A DNA stretch of 64,000 nt from Mobula hypostoma. Lineage: Eukaryota. The position numbers and the translations under genes are program-made. Positions 37,187 to 49,400 of this stretch are shown here, in pieces; the stretch's first letter is position 1, and each line of letters begins with the position of its first letter. The notes below the pieces were generated by a model. It did not search any database and was not told where the DNA came from. It saw nothing but the letters and a program-made list of their open reading frames with translations. Where the stretch lies: the NCBI RefSeq assembly GCF_963921235.1, contig NC_086107.1, forward strand, positions 106,704,001 to 106,768,000, written 5' to 3'.

Positions 37187-37545
37187 CAGTACCAAGGGAT
37201 CGCCACCTTCAGAGGGGCAGTACCGAGGGATCGCCAGCTTCAGAGGGGCAGTACCGAGGGATCGCCACCTTCAGAGGGGCAGTACCGAGGGATCGCCAGC
37301 TTCAGAGGGGCAGTACCGAGGGATCGCCACCTTCAGAGGGGCAGTACCGAGGGATCGCCACCTTCAGAGGGGCAGTACCGAGGGATCGCCGCCTTCAGAG
37401 GGGCAGTACCGAGGGATGGCCGCCTTCAGAGGGGCAGTACCGAGGGATCGCCAGCTTCAGAGGGGCAGTACCGAGGGATCGCCACCTTCAGAGGGGCAGT
37501 ACCGAGGGATCGCCACCTTCAGAGGGGCAGTACCGGAGGACTGCT
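37187..37545. repeat. 31-bp minisatellite, 11 near-identical copies plus a degenerate end
   Basis: Unit CAGTACCGAGGGATCGCCA(C/G)CTTCAGAGGGG starting at 37187, 37218, 37249 ... 37528. Confidence 0.95.
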
Positions 37546-37825
37546 GCCTTCGGGTTGGGGGGGCGGGGTTGCAGTACTGAGGGATTCTAGCTTCTTGCTA
37601 TTACTTACCTTCCTTAAAGCTCCCCTAATCTGCATTAAGCTACCGACGGTAATACAGCACAGAAACAGACCCTTCAACACGCACCCCGCCCCCCCCCCCC
37701 CCACAAGGTGCCTGACTGAGCCAGTCCCAATTGGCCATGTTAGGCTTGTATATCCCCCGAACTGTCCTGTCCATGTACTCCTGAATGAACCTGCCTCAAC
37801 TATATCCTCTGGCGGCTCGTTTGAA

Positions 37826-38298
37826 ATACACTCGGTGGTCACTGTATCAGCTACCTCCTGTACCACGTAAGGTAGTCACTGGGTGTATGTTTCATCAGCT
37901 TCTACTGTTGTAACCCATCCTCTTCAAGGTTCGACACATTATGCGTTCAGAGATGTTCTGCACACTGCTGTTGGAATGTGTGGTTATTTGAATTACCGTC
38001 GCCTTCCGGTCAGCTTGAACCAGTCTCTTCATTCTCCTCTGACCTCCCTCACTAACAAGGTGTTTTCGCACCATTCTCTAAACTCGAAGTGATTGGTGTG
38101 CATGAAAATCCCAGGAGATCAGCAGTTTCGGAGATACTCGAACCACCCCATCTGACACCAACAATCATTCTAGACCACATTTCTTCCCCACTTGATGTTT
38201 GGTCTGAACAACAACTGCACTGAGATTCAGCCACGTAATTGGCTGTTTAGATTTTTCATTAATGAGCAGGTGTACGTAATAAAGTGGTCACTGTATGT
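37826..38298. mobile_element. Tc1/mariner-derived non-autonomous element
   Basis: Ends TACACTCGGTGGTCACT / AATAAAGTGGTCACTGTATGTA; same family as the 24632, 30120 and 58690 copies. Confidence 0.7.
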
Positions 38299-38867
38299 AC
38301 TGCCTTCTGTTGCCCCACAGATCCCTTTCAAATCATTTCCCTCTTACCTTAAACCTGTGCCCTCTAATGTTTGGTTTTCACTCCCTGGGAAAAAGACTTT
38401 GTGCATTCACCCTATCAATGCCTTCCGTGATTTTATACACTTCCGAAATGTCCAATTCCAGGATGGCTTTAGTGGCTTTATTTGTCACATCTACATCGAA
38501 ACATACAGTGAAATGTGTCGTTTGAGTGAAACCAAGTCAGCAAGGATTGTGCTGGACAAGTGTCGCCACACCTCTAGTACCAACATAGCGTGCCGACAAC
38601 TCACAAACCCTAACCTGTCCGCCTTTGGAATGTGGGAGGAAACCAGGAGGTCACGGGGAGAGCATATAAACTTGCAGACAGTAGCGGGAATTGAACCCCG
38701 ATCTCAGCTAGCACACCGTAAAGTGTTGCACCATCCCAACATCCCTTCTGTTGCAGGTTGGTCTTTCTCTGTTCTAGCTTCCTGCTACAATTCAGAGCCT
38801 CATAAACTAGCCCCGTAATCGTACTAAAACCTGCTGCTGTGCCCATGACTGCTTTTTGTTTTTGAAG

Positions 38868-39060
38868 GTACGTGTCGCGATTCCACATCAAGGACTCCTC
38901 GCGTCACGTGATCCTAGGCACTCAGCAGTTCAAGCCCAACGAGTTCGCCAGCCAGATTAACCTGAGCATGGAGAACGCCTGGGGGATCCTGCGCTGCGTC
39001 ATCGACATCTGCATGAAGCTGGACGAGGGCAAGTACCTCATCCTGAAAGACCCGAACAAG
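38868..39060 (+). CDS. EIF3D: EIF3D exon 14
   Basis: [64 protein letters not shown]; ttgaag / gtgaga; 193 nt. Confidence 0.97.
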
Positions 39061-40064
39061 GTGAGACATCAGGCATAGGAGGGAGGAGAGGTCTAACGGG
39101 ATATGGACCAAAGCAGGCAGATGGGATTAACTCGGGCAACTTGGTCGTTGGTTGGTGTGGACAAGCTGGGCTGAAGGAGTTTCCGTGACTGTGTCTTGGA
39201 ATAATGTGAGCATGATAACTGCTTTACACCATTGCAGTTGGAAAGACACTGGCTTGTTGGGAGAGGGGATGTCAGTGAGAGAGGCTGAAGGCGTTTGGGC
39301 TGAATAGCCTAGTAAAGCAGTACCCCTAAGGTAATGAAAGTGGGCTGACTGTTTGGCAGTGTCTCATAGAACCCGAGAATCACACTTTGTGTGGGACTTG
39401 GACCTGATGGCTCCAGAGGGCAGCAAATAGCACCAGAGACCAGGTTTCAGTCCCGACCTTGGGTACTCTCTGTGTGGACCTTAAATGATCTCCCTGTGAC
39501 TGGGTTTCCCTCTGCGTGCTCCGGTTTCTTCCCACATCCTGAAGCTGTACAGGTCAATGGGTTAACTGGCCACTAAGTTGGCCCTTGCGTGTAGACGAGT
39601 GGCAGGATCAGGGTCAGTCAGTGAGAATGTGGGGGAAGCAACCTAGGATTAGTGTGGACTCTTGTGCTGAGGGGCTGGTTTCCATGCAGTGTCTCTCTGT
39701 CCACATCTGTTGTGTGTTTGGCTGCTGGCTCGCAGTGAGTTCCCTCACCATCGAACTCTCAGGATTTGTAAAAAAAAATAAATCATAAAAATCCAGGGCA
39801 ACAGGAACTGTGTTCCCAGTTCAAGGGCTGGGACTGGATTTATTGAACAGTGGGAATTTGTATGAGTAATGAGGGTGGGGTGAAATATTTTTGAGTTGGA
39901 AGGAGATGGGATAGGGAGGTTTTCCAGACTCAGTCATGACAAGATGCCTTGCGCTGATGACCTCTTCTCCATGGTGTGGGTGCTTCGTGGGTGCTTCTTG
40001 GTTGCATTGTGGTCGCTGAGCCCAGAGCTGGACTCACCTTTCCCTTCCCCTCTTCCTTCAACAG

Positions 40065-40172
40065 CAAGTCATCCGTGTCTACAGCCTGCCCGACGGCACC
40101 TTCAGCTCCGAGGAGGAAGAGGACGACGAGGAGGAGGATGACGATGATGAGGAGGAGGATGGTGCACAGTGA
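40065..40172 (+). CDS. EIF3D: EIF3D terminal coding exon with acidic tail
   Basis: QVIRVYSLPDGTFSSEEEEDDEEEDDDDEEEDGAQ*; caacag acceptor; TGA at 40170-40172. Summed exons give 1656 nt, 551 aa. Confidence 0.9.
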   Translation, partial: QVIRVYSLPDGTFSSEEEEDDEEEDDDDEEEDGAQ

Positions 40173-40245
40173 GGAGTGCAGCCATGCCTCACCAGAACCA
40201 CACTGACGCCGTTCGCCCCTACGCCACTGAGGACAGGGAGACCAA

Positions 40246-40276
40246 AATAAAATTGTGTACAGTCACTTGGAATAAA
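40246..40276 (+). terminator. EIF3D: Tandem polyadenylation signals of EIF3D
   Basis: AATAAA at 40246-40251 and 40271-40276, 75-100 nt after the stop codon. Confidence 0.7.
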
Positions 40277-41679
40277 GCTCCTCAGATAGCTTCCCCGGCA
40301 GTCTGCTTCCTGTGTCCTGAGGCGCGGTATATCTACACGAAACAGAAGTTAGTGAATTTGGTGGCCACTATTCGACAGTGGGGCCATGCAGCCGACTGCT
40401 CTGCTCTGTTCTGAGACAACAGTGTTGACCTGTGTCCTCTCGTTACACACAGAGCAGTTCCACTTGCAGCAGGCTCTGTTACCAACTCTCCCCTTGGCTG
40501 AATTCCTGAGGAATCTGCTTGAGAGTTAGTGCATGTCTCTACCACCCATCCCTCACATACTCATTCACACACAGTCTTCCTCACACACACACAGATTTTC
40601 CCTCTGCCCCCTCTACCCCCCCACAGGTGCAGAACTATTAAACGCACCTCATACGCTAACCCCTTCATTCCTGCGATCCTTCTCTTGAAGTTCATTTGAC
40701 CCCAATGTCAGCACATCCTTTCTTAGAAAAGGTGCCCGAAAATGCCCAAGTGAGGCCGCATCAGTGTTTTATAACACTTCAGCATTAATACTGGACTCCA
40801 ACATCTTCCCAACTACTGAAATCAGGCCAACTGGCCTATAAATTCTTGTCTTTTGTCTCCCTTCCTTCTTAAAGAGTGGAGTGACATTTGCAGTTTTCCA
40901 GTTCTCCAGAATTATTCCAGAATCTAGTGATTCTTGAAAGATCATTAATGCTTCCACAATCACTTCAGATGCCTCCTTCAGAAGCCTGGGATTTAGTTCA
41001 TCTGGTCCAGATGATTTATCGACCTTCAGATCTTTCAGCTTGTCAAGTACCTTCTTCATAATAGCAACTACACTCACTTCCACTGGTTCAATTCCAGTTT
41101 TGTACATTCTCCCTGTGACTGCGTGGGTTTCAAAGGAAATCTCTGGAGGCGTTATTTGTTTTACACGGCTGGTGGGTGTCTGGAAGGTGCTTCCATGTGG
41201 TGAAGACAAATATGTAGCATAGCAGTTAGTGCAATGCTCTTGAAGCTTGGGGTGTTTCGGAGTTCAATTCCAATGCTGTTCTGTAAGGAGTCTCTGTACG
41301 TCTTCCTGTGGAATGTGTGGGTTTTCTCCGGGTGTTCTGGTTTCTTCCCATGGTCCAAAGAGATACTGGGTAGGTTAATTTGTCATAGTCAATTGTCCCA
41401 CGGTTAGGTTAGGGTTAATCGGGGTTATGGGGTTGCTGGGATGGTGCAGCCGGAAGGGAATACTCCGTGCTGTATCACTGAGTGAGAGGGGTGTTTGCAG
41501 CTCATAAATAGACACAGGCATGTACAGGGAATGAGGGATATGGACATTGTGTAAGCATAAGGGACTAGTTTATTTAGGCATTTAATTACTAGTTTGATTA
41601 GTTCAGTGTAACTGTGGTGCACTGTTCTGTGTTCTAAGTTGATGGAGGAGAGGAACGGGCAGCAACTGGATGGGTGTGT

Positions 41680-42285
41680 CATAAGAAATAGGAGCAGGAG
41701 TCGGCCGTCTGGGTCATCAAGCCTGCTCCGCCATTCAATAAGATCATGGCTGATCTGACCACAGACTCATCTCCATCTACTTGCCTTTTCCCCATAACCC
41801 TTAATTCCCCCACTATGCAAAAAATCTATCCAACCTTGTCTTAAATATATTTACTGAGGTAGCCCCCACTGCTTCATTGGGCAGAGAATTCCACAGATTC
41901 ACCACACTCTGGGAAACGCAGTTCCTCCTCATCTCCATCCTAAATCTACTCCCCCAAATCTTTAGGCTATGTCCCCTAGTTCTAGTCTCACCTACCAGTG
42001 GAAATGACTTTCCTGCCTCTATCTTATCTGTCCCTTTCATAATTTTGTGTTTCTATAAGATCTTTCATCCTTCTGAATTCCAGTGGGTATGGTCCTAGGC
42101 GACTTGATCTCTCCTGGCAGTCTAACCTCATCTCTGGAATCAGCCTGGTGAACCTCCTCTGCAATGCTCCAAAGCCAGCATGTCCTTCAAGTAAGACCAG
42201 AACTGCATGCAGTACTCCAGGTACAGTCTCACCAGTACCCTGTACAGTTCCAGTGTAACCTCCCTGCTCTTAAATTCAATCCCAG
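41680..42285 (-). mobile_element. CR1 LINE 3' fragment
   Basis: LYRVLVRLYLEYCMQFWS and TRGHSLKIWGSRFRMEMRRNCVSQSVVNLWNSLP. Confidence 0.85.
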
Positions 42286-44274
42286 AGAAGTCCCATCTTC
42301 CCTTGGAGACTGGTGGGGTGAGACAATTCTTGGGCAGATTGTGCTTGGTAGGTGGTGGTCTCAATGGACACTGGCTATATATATATGGTGGGGTTGGTAG
42401 TCTTAGACAGCAGGGAGGTCTTAGATTCTCAAACTAGGCAGTTGAGGGGCTGAGATGTTAATACTGTTGAATCTGCTTCTACCATTGTTGCCTTCCTAAC
42501 CATAATTCACTGTGGAAAATGTCTCCTCATCACTAATCTCCCTCTATTCAATACCCCTCCTATGGCTCCACCAACCACAGGGGTTTGAATCAATGATCTA
42601 ATGACTCAAAGATGTGAATTGTAACCAGGCTATCAAGGATCGCCTACAAAAGGCTATAGAAGCTCAGTAGGTCAGGCAGCATCAATGGACAAGGCATAGC
42701 CATGTAGAGGGATACGAGTTAAACGTGGCACATGAGACCAGCTTGATTGGTATGGACCAGTTGGTCTGACGGGCCATGTCCATAATGTGTGACTCTTCGT
42801 GAGATAGGGTAAAGGCCAGAAATACACCCTCATTCAGTAAAGTGGCTTTTGGCTCCCTCCAGTGGACAGACCTTTGGTTGCAGTCTACCTCTGCTTCAAA
42901 TAGAAATAGATCAAGGTCATTCAACTTGGTGCTAACGCTTCAAATGAGCTCCCCCGTTAATTCCAATAGCCTCCTCTCACAGCTCTTCTCCTTTTCAAAG
43001 ACTTGCCTGACTTCCTCACGAAATGTTTCGATCTTGAGTCTGCTTCCACTTACCCAAGATCACAACTCGCGTTTGCCATCTCAGCCTTTGTCAGTCACCT
43101 TAACCTTCTGGCTGCTAACCCTTATTGCTAGTGGAAGCAGTGCCAGAGATGTCTGTCACTGTTCCAGAGACAGTAGGGGGGGGGGGTCACCCATCCATTC
43201 AATTTCAATTAGAATTCGTTCAAAGTAAATTTATTATCAAAGTACATATATGAAACCATGAGATTTTTTCTTGTGGGCATTCTCAATAACCATAATAGAA
43301 TAAATGAGAGGCTGCACAGACAGTGTGGGCAACAAGGGTGTAAAAGACAACAAACTGCAAAGACAAAAAGAAAACATACAATAATAAAAAAATATCCAGG
43401 TGAGATGAAGAGTCCTTCAGTGATGGAGCGAGTGATTCAAGAGCCTGATGGTAATAACTGTTCCTGATCCTGGTGGGGGTGAGTCCTGAGTCTTCTTTAC
43501 CTCCTTCCTGATGACAGCAGTGAGAAAAGAGCATGGGCTGGGTGCACTAACTGACCAGAGCACGAACGTGTTCAGTGACTGAATGAGAACAGCCTGGCTA
43601 TTCCCACCTCTCCCTTGCCTCTGCTCTTTGGTGTTGAAATCCTTATCACTGCCCATGTTACCTTCAAACTTAATGGTTTCCCTTTTTTTCTGGTCTGCCT
43701 CCCGTCTCTTTGAACATTAGGTCAGACAAACCAGTGCTGCCTGTGTTCTCCAAGTTCTGGCCTCTTGCAACTCCCCAAATCATTGGTAGCCAGAACTTCC
43801 CCTCAGGAATTACCTACCACTTTTACCAGGGAGAATTGGAGAGGTGGCAGTTCCTACATTGAAGAACAACGTATCTTCTACCTGGACACTTTCACAGCCT
43901 GCAGGACCACTTAACGAAGTTGCCAACTTTCGGCAACTCACTTCTCCGGTCTGTATCAGAATGGATACTGCAAGTTATCAATCTGGCCCGGTCTTTCTTC
44001 GTTGATGCGGCCTGATGGGAGATGTCCCACAACCCACTTGCTAACAGAACACAGAAGCATAAATCACCTGCTAACTGCTCTCAGTAGTCTATTTAAACTA
44101 GTCTGCCCCTACCCAGTCCTGCCAATACGCCCCAAACTTCTCTGTAGATTAATGTTTCTTTTAATCTCTGCCAGTTCCGACTCAAAACATTCACTTTTTC
44201 TCTCCCCACAGGTACTGCCTGACCTGTGTGTTAAGGTATTTTCTGCATTTGTTTAAATTCAAGGTGAACAGGAA

Positions 44275-47200
44275 ACAGTTTACTACCTCAAACATCTTTA
44301 TTGAGAATCACAATTTTACAGTTAAATATTTGCTATCGTCTCAATGTACCACAAACACAGGCTGCGCTGTGAGGGGGACACACAGCGAAAACGATATTTA
44401 AAGCCACGAGGGCTCCATATACACACCATGACGTCTATACACAGAATGCTACACTTGTTCGGCAATAATTTAGTGGCTAGTGCAGTGCTCTCTCTGATGG
44501 CGGGCGAGTCTGGCATCACAAGGAAACTGTTCCAATCTGTGCACCGGGTATTGGCCGGGGTGATATGGGTGTTTGAGGTAATGGGAAGATTCGCACCTCG
44601 CAGGCAAATCACACACACTCGGATAGATCCCACTGCTGTTCCACATCTCCCACCCACCACCCTTGCCTTTCGTAAGTCTCATAACCCCCCACCCCCCCCC
44701 ATTGGCCGAGGTAACTGCTGGCAAGGGCAATCCCCCAGCCTGTTGCATCAACTTGTTCCAGAGCAACACACACAAAACACCGGAGGAACACAGCAGGTCG
44801 GGCAGCATCTATGGAGAGGAATAAAGAGTCGACACTTGAGTCAGACGCTTCATCCAGTCCTGATGAAGGGTCTCAACCAGAAACATCGACTGTTTATTCC
44901 CCTGCATAGATGCTCCCTGACTTACTGAGCTCCTCCAGTATTTGGTGCGTGTTCCTTCAAGACTTCCTGCACCTGCAGGATCTGTGTTTATAAATGCATA
45001 GCACCTTCCACGTCCCTTTTGGAATGCCCCGCAAGCTCTTTACAAACAAATCAAAGTTTGGTCATTGGAGGGATAGCAGCCAATCAGTGCACAGGTGGAA
45101 GCATGGTAATGGCCAATCAGTTTTAGTGGTTTGGAGCGAGAAATGTTTGAATAGAATCCCGTTCAGGGTAATGTCCATACGATCTTTTCTCTGTACCTGA
45201 ATTTGGGAGAGTGGGTGCTGGTTTAGAGGTGGTACCCTGGTACTATAGTGCTCTTTCTAGGGAGGTGCTGAAACCCACAACCTTCTGCCTAGGAGATGAG
45301 AGTGATAAGTACCCAGATCACTGCTAGAGGATCACTCCAGTTCTCTATCATAGCTTAAGTGGAAATGATCGGGAGAGACGAGGCTCTGAACATACATAGC
45401 AGGTGTGCCTTTTGTCCTCCTTGGGGGAAGAGTTTCATGGTCGTCCATCTCCACACTTCCAGGACCTGCCTCAACACTCCCCACTGGCCAGTGATAGCGA
45501 ACACTCTTGACACACACAGCCTCCAAGTGTGTTACCCCACCTCCCCCCAATCAACCTGGGAAATGGTCATTAGTCCCACCTCAAGCTCTGATGCTCCTGA
45601 TCTGCCCCTGTGGACAAAACATCAGACAACATGGTTTTCAATAAGTTACCTTTTACATACAGGCAGGGGGTTCCAACCTGGAGTCCATGGACCCCTTGCT
45701 TAATGGCATTGGTCCATGGCATAAAAAAAGGTTGGGAACCCCTGCATACAGATGATTCTGATGCCTTCACCCACCCCTATCACCTCAGAAGGCCTGGGCC
45801 TAGCCCGTATACATAGTAACACAAAAAAATGTATTTTTTTTAAATACAACAGTAAAATACTATATGAAATACAGATTTATACACTTTTAAGGATCTGTTT
45901 AAAGTTGCAACTGTTCCCAGTCTATACACAGAATACTAGGCAATCTGTAGAACGAGGTTTGATAAGACAGTAATATTTAGACAGGCAGCCCCCCCTTTTT
46001 CGGACCTTGCCATCAAGCCCCAATCTTCTGCGTTTTGTTTAACAGTGCAGGCTTAGTGTGCTGTGGAGATCCAGCTAACCAACCCTCGGCCTACTACAAC
46101 CAATGCTATTGATCTTCTCCCTTGCACCACGAAGACTAATTGGTTCGTTGTATATAATTCTCCCTCCCATCCCTCAAGAGGATGGCGGTAAATAGGATCC
46201 TGGGATCTTGCTCTCCAGCTGATAACGGGTGTAAGAGCTTTGATCCATGGGCCTCTTGGCTGCACAGGACCATTTCGTGCTGACTGCTCTAGGTCGACGC
46301 TTGCCAATCAGTGGTTCTGAATCAGTCTACCGCCTGGGTCGATCAGCAAGCCAGCCCTGCCCGAAAACCTGGCTCCAAACCTTGTCCCTGCTCCAACACA
46401 CAAATGGTCAGAGCACACGATGGGATCAACATGGAAGAGGTGATCTCAGAGACTGGTTTTCCCCACCAATTGTCTGGCTGAGGTGTTTATACTGATTACA
46501 TGGTGCAGTACGGTAAACAGACAGAACTATATCCTCCGGTGTTGGGCCGGGCCAGAATAAAAGGGGACAAGGTTAAACTGAGTGCCAGGCCGCTCAGGAT
46601 GATGTGGGGTGTGTAGCCTTCACACAGAGTGGGGAAGGAATCGGATATCATTTCCACTCCTCCCACGAGCTTTCCTCAGGCTCACTGAGTATTTCAAAAC
46701 GGTGATAGAGTTTCACTGGCTAAACAAATCGGGGGAACTGAATGGAGCCAAGGTTAACGTCGTCTACGGTCTAACAGATTGAGGGGACAGGACAAAGGAC
46801 TGAAGACCCTGCTATTCGACGCAACGGGTGTCACTGAGCGAGGCAGGAGAACCCGCAGCCACACCATCCCACATTGCACATCAGCACCGACTGCCAACAG
46901 TTCCAGTTGGCCCTGGGGGAAGAGTTCTCAACCTTTCGCTCTCAAATCCCCGGGAGGAAGGATTAGAGAATACCATCCAGGGACCTCCAGCCCATTGCAG
47001 AAGGTAACTCTCAACTCCCATGCAAAGGACCACCATCCCAGACTTGTACCAGACTGTTCCAGCCCACCTGAGTAACGGGTTCCCCGGACCCTGTCACCTA
47101 CAATACATCCTTTAATAGAGCCTCCCAGCTGTGCTGCAGTACTGAGCATCTCCCGTCAGTACCTCCCTATCAATGGAGGGGGTCCACTCGGTCCCTTGCC

Positions 47201-47952
47201 TCAGACCCCATAACCTCCTCCCTGTCAGTACCACTTCTCGCAATGAGGGGCTGTGCTGAGCGAACCAAGGGAGCGTGGACACTGCCTCAGGCCCAAAACC
47301 CAAAGGCCGGTTCCAGTTGTTACCCACATAGCCGACTCCTTGTTCCCATCCCAGCCGAAGTCCTCAGCTTGGAGGGGGTTAGGGTCTATCGGCAGTGGGG
47401 GCAGAAGCCCTCTGAGAGGGACTCTGCTTTCTCCCCCAACCCTTGCCCCCACCCAAACGATTGCATGTGTCCTTAAGGAGCAGTAATAACCCAACTTGCC
47501 TCAGGTACCTCTGGGAAACCCCCAAGCATTCTGTAGCCTCCCCCCGCCCGCCCCTCATCGGGCATCAGTGATTCAGAATTCCCTCCCCACAAACACACAC
47601 ACCCAATCCCAACAGAAAGTAAGGTGAACTTTAGAGGGGGATTACTCTAACAGCAGCCACAAAACAAGAATAAATAAATATATATTTTGTTCATTTAATA
47701 TACATTGCCCACCACCTGACCCGAGGTTCTGCCAGGAAACCGGAAACTGTCCACCCTCCGGACGTCAGAGATTTAAAAAGTGCGACTCAAACACAAGGAG
47801 ATTACAGCCTGTCCTAACTACTTCAGACACACTGATGGCTCACACGTGTTGGAGCGTCCTCCTGCTTTCGTCAAGAGTTGCCCAGTAAAATGTGTATCTG
47901 CCCCCACCCCGTGCGAGGGCCTCATGTACTCCGCCCTCATCGCGGACGCGCT
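44275..47952 (-). other. SYNGR1: Probable long 3'UTR of SYNGR1
   Basis: Repeat-poor stretch after the stop codon, ending at a minus-strand AATAAA (tttatt 44297-44302). The end position is inferred. Confidence 0.55.
44755..44985. mobile_element. Fold-back Penelope-like mini-element in the SYNGR1 3'UTR, with + strand hammerhead motif at 44855-44892
   Basis: Inverted arms around CAGTC-CTGATGA-AGGGTCTCAACCA-GAAA-CATC-GACTG. Confidence 0.7.
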
Positions 47953-48168
47953 TCAGTAGCCCTGCGACTGGTATCCGTCTGAGCTGGTGCTGTAGGGGGC
48001 CGTCGGCAGCGGCTGCTGGTAGGACCCAGGCGGCTCCATCTCGTCGCCGGAGACGTACGGTGCGTAAGGGACGGAGGCATCCTGGCTCGGATCGGTGTAG
48101 TCCTGGGAGAAGAGGGCGGAGTCGGCCCCGAGACGGTACCGCTGGTACCCCAGGAATGCCTGGCCAGC
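47953..48168 (-). CDS. SYNGR1: Synaptogyrin-1 terminal coding exon (1a-type C-terminus)
   Basis: AGQAFLGYQRYRLGADSALFSQDYTDPSQD...GYQSQGY*. The GADSALFSQDY and GYQSQGY motifs identify SYNGR1 rather than SYNGR2/3. Acceptor gaacag. Confidence 0.94.
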   Translation of the reverse strand, partial: AGQAFLGYQRYRLGADSALFSQDYTDPSQDASVPYAPYVSGDEMEPPGSYQQPLPTAPYSTSSDGYQSQGY

Positions 48169-48224
48169 CTGTTCAACGGGGGAGGAGGGGAAGGGCAGAG
48201 AAAGGGAGGGCAGACATACAGAAA

Positions 48225-48225
48225 G

Positions 48226-48260
<35 letters not shown>
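48225..48260. repeat. (TG)n(AG)n microsatellite near the SYNGR1 exon 4 acceptor
   Basis: Seen directly. Confidence 0.9.
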
Positions 48261-48264
<4 letters not shown>

Positions 48265-49132
48265 CAGTGACAGAGACAGTGGGAGAGAGATGAACAGAAA
48301 GAGTTGGAGACAGAAAAGGGGAGGCAAAAGGAGGAGGCACAGAGAGAGGGAGAGGAAGGGTGGGTGGCAGAGGAGGAGGGAGAAGAGCGAGATAGACAGA
48401 TGGGGTGCGGGAAAGAGAAGAGCAAGCGAAGAGAGAGAGGACACTGCTGTTAGTGTTGTTAATATGTTGAGATTGTTAAAATATAATTGAGAGTTAGGCC
48501 AGAGCGCGTAGTTCACACATTAAGACAGTCTGACAGGCCTGATTACATGCAGTGCAGGTACACACAAGCAGTAAATCCTTCTGCGTTTGTAGGCAGGATC
48601 ACACAAAGGTACTAGAGGGCTATTACAGAACCTGGCAAGGGCTTGGCTGGTAGCTGCATCAGGGTGATTAAGCTAGCAAAAATCACTGATGCCTCCTCAA
48701 ACCAGATTCAGAACACAGGGACGTGGAGCCTGTAGCCCACTGTCTTTTAAATTAGCTGTCAGTTGACGCAAAGTGACTGGCTGATTAAATTCTCACTGTG
48801 TTTTCAAATCTCAGTCAGGTCTTTCCCCATCCCCGTCTCTCCTTCAACCCTGGACGAGATTTACGATCCTCCAATCTTAGCCTCTCAATCAAGACCCAGA
48901 TTCATTTCCACCCCTCCCCTCCCCCCAATCTGTGCCTCAGTTGCTGGAGTCCCTCAGGATTGAAAGAGGGATGTGAACTGATTCTTTAGCCTGTTCTATT
49001 ACTTGCTCACTGGACATGGGAGTCCACAGCAGACTCCCACCTCCTGACACAGGGACGTGAGGTGCCATCTTTAGGTTCTGTTGGTTTTTAATGCAAATGA
49101 CGTGATAAATAAATTAATCTGAATCTAATAAT

Positions 49133-49400
49133 GAGGCAGCCAATTTGTGCCAAGCCAAGTTCCCTCTCACACCAAGTGACTAAGGATAACTATCTTTTAG
49201 ATTTCTTCCTAAAGAATAAATATTGACACCACAATTCTGAGGCCTAGTCTGTATTTGTCTTTACAATGTCCCTATGGGATCTTTTCTATCCACTGACAGG
49301 GACCAGCACACACTTCATCCCAAAGCCTCTCCAACAACGCAGTATTCACTTGGAACTGCACAGGGGCAGGTCTTGAACCCACACTCCTGACTGAGAGGAA
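49133..49400 (-). mobile_element. Ancient DeuSINE-like remnant (similar remnants near 21620-21790 and 44990-45320)
   Basis: GGCAGCCAATTTGTGC...ATAAATATTG...ATGGGATCTTTT matches the reverse of the Deu-domain as I recall it. Confidence 0.5.

Noticed and set aside
37187..37545. CRISPR-like periodic array
   Set aside because: The units are contiguous with no unique spacers, the context is eukaryotic, and there are no cas genes.
36998..37870. 290-aa ORF, the longest in the window
   Set aside because: It is an artefact of a stop-free 31-bp minisatellite plus CR1 debris within EIF3D intron 13.
39954..40019. C/D snoRNA candidate (TGATGA...CTGA) in the last EIF3D intron
   Set aside because: The C box lacks the leading purine, the terminal stem is poor, there are no clear C'/D' boxes or recognisable rRNA guide, and it is only 45 nt from the acceptor. 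A snoscan hit would revive it.
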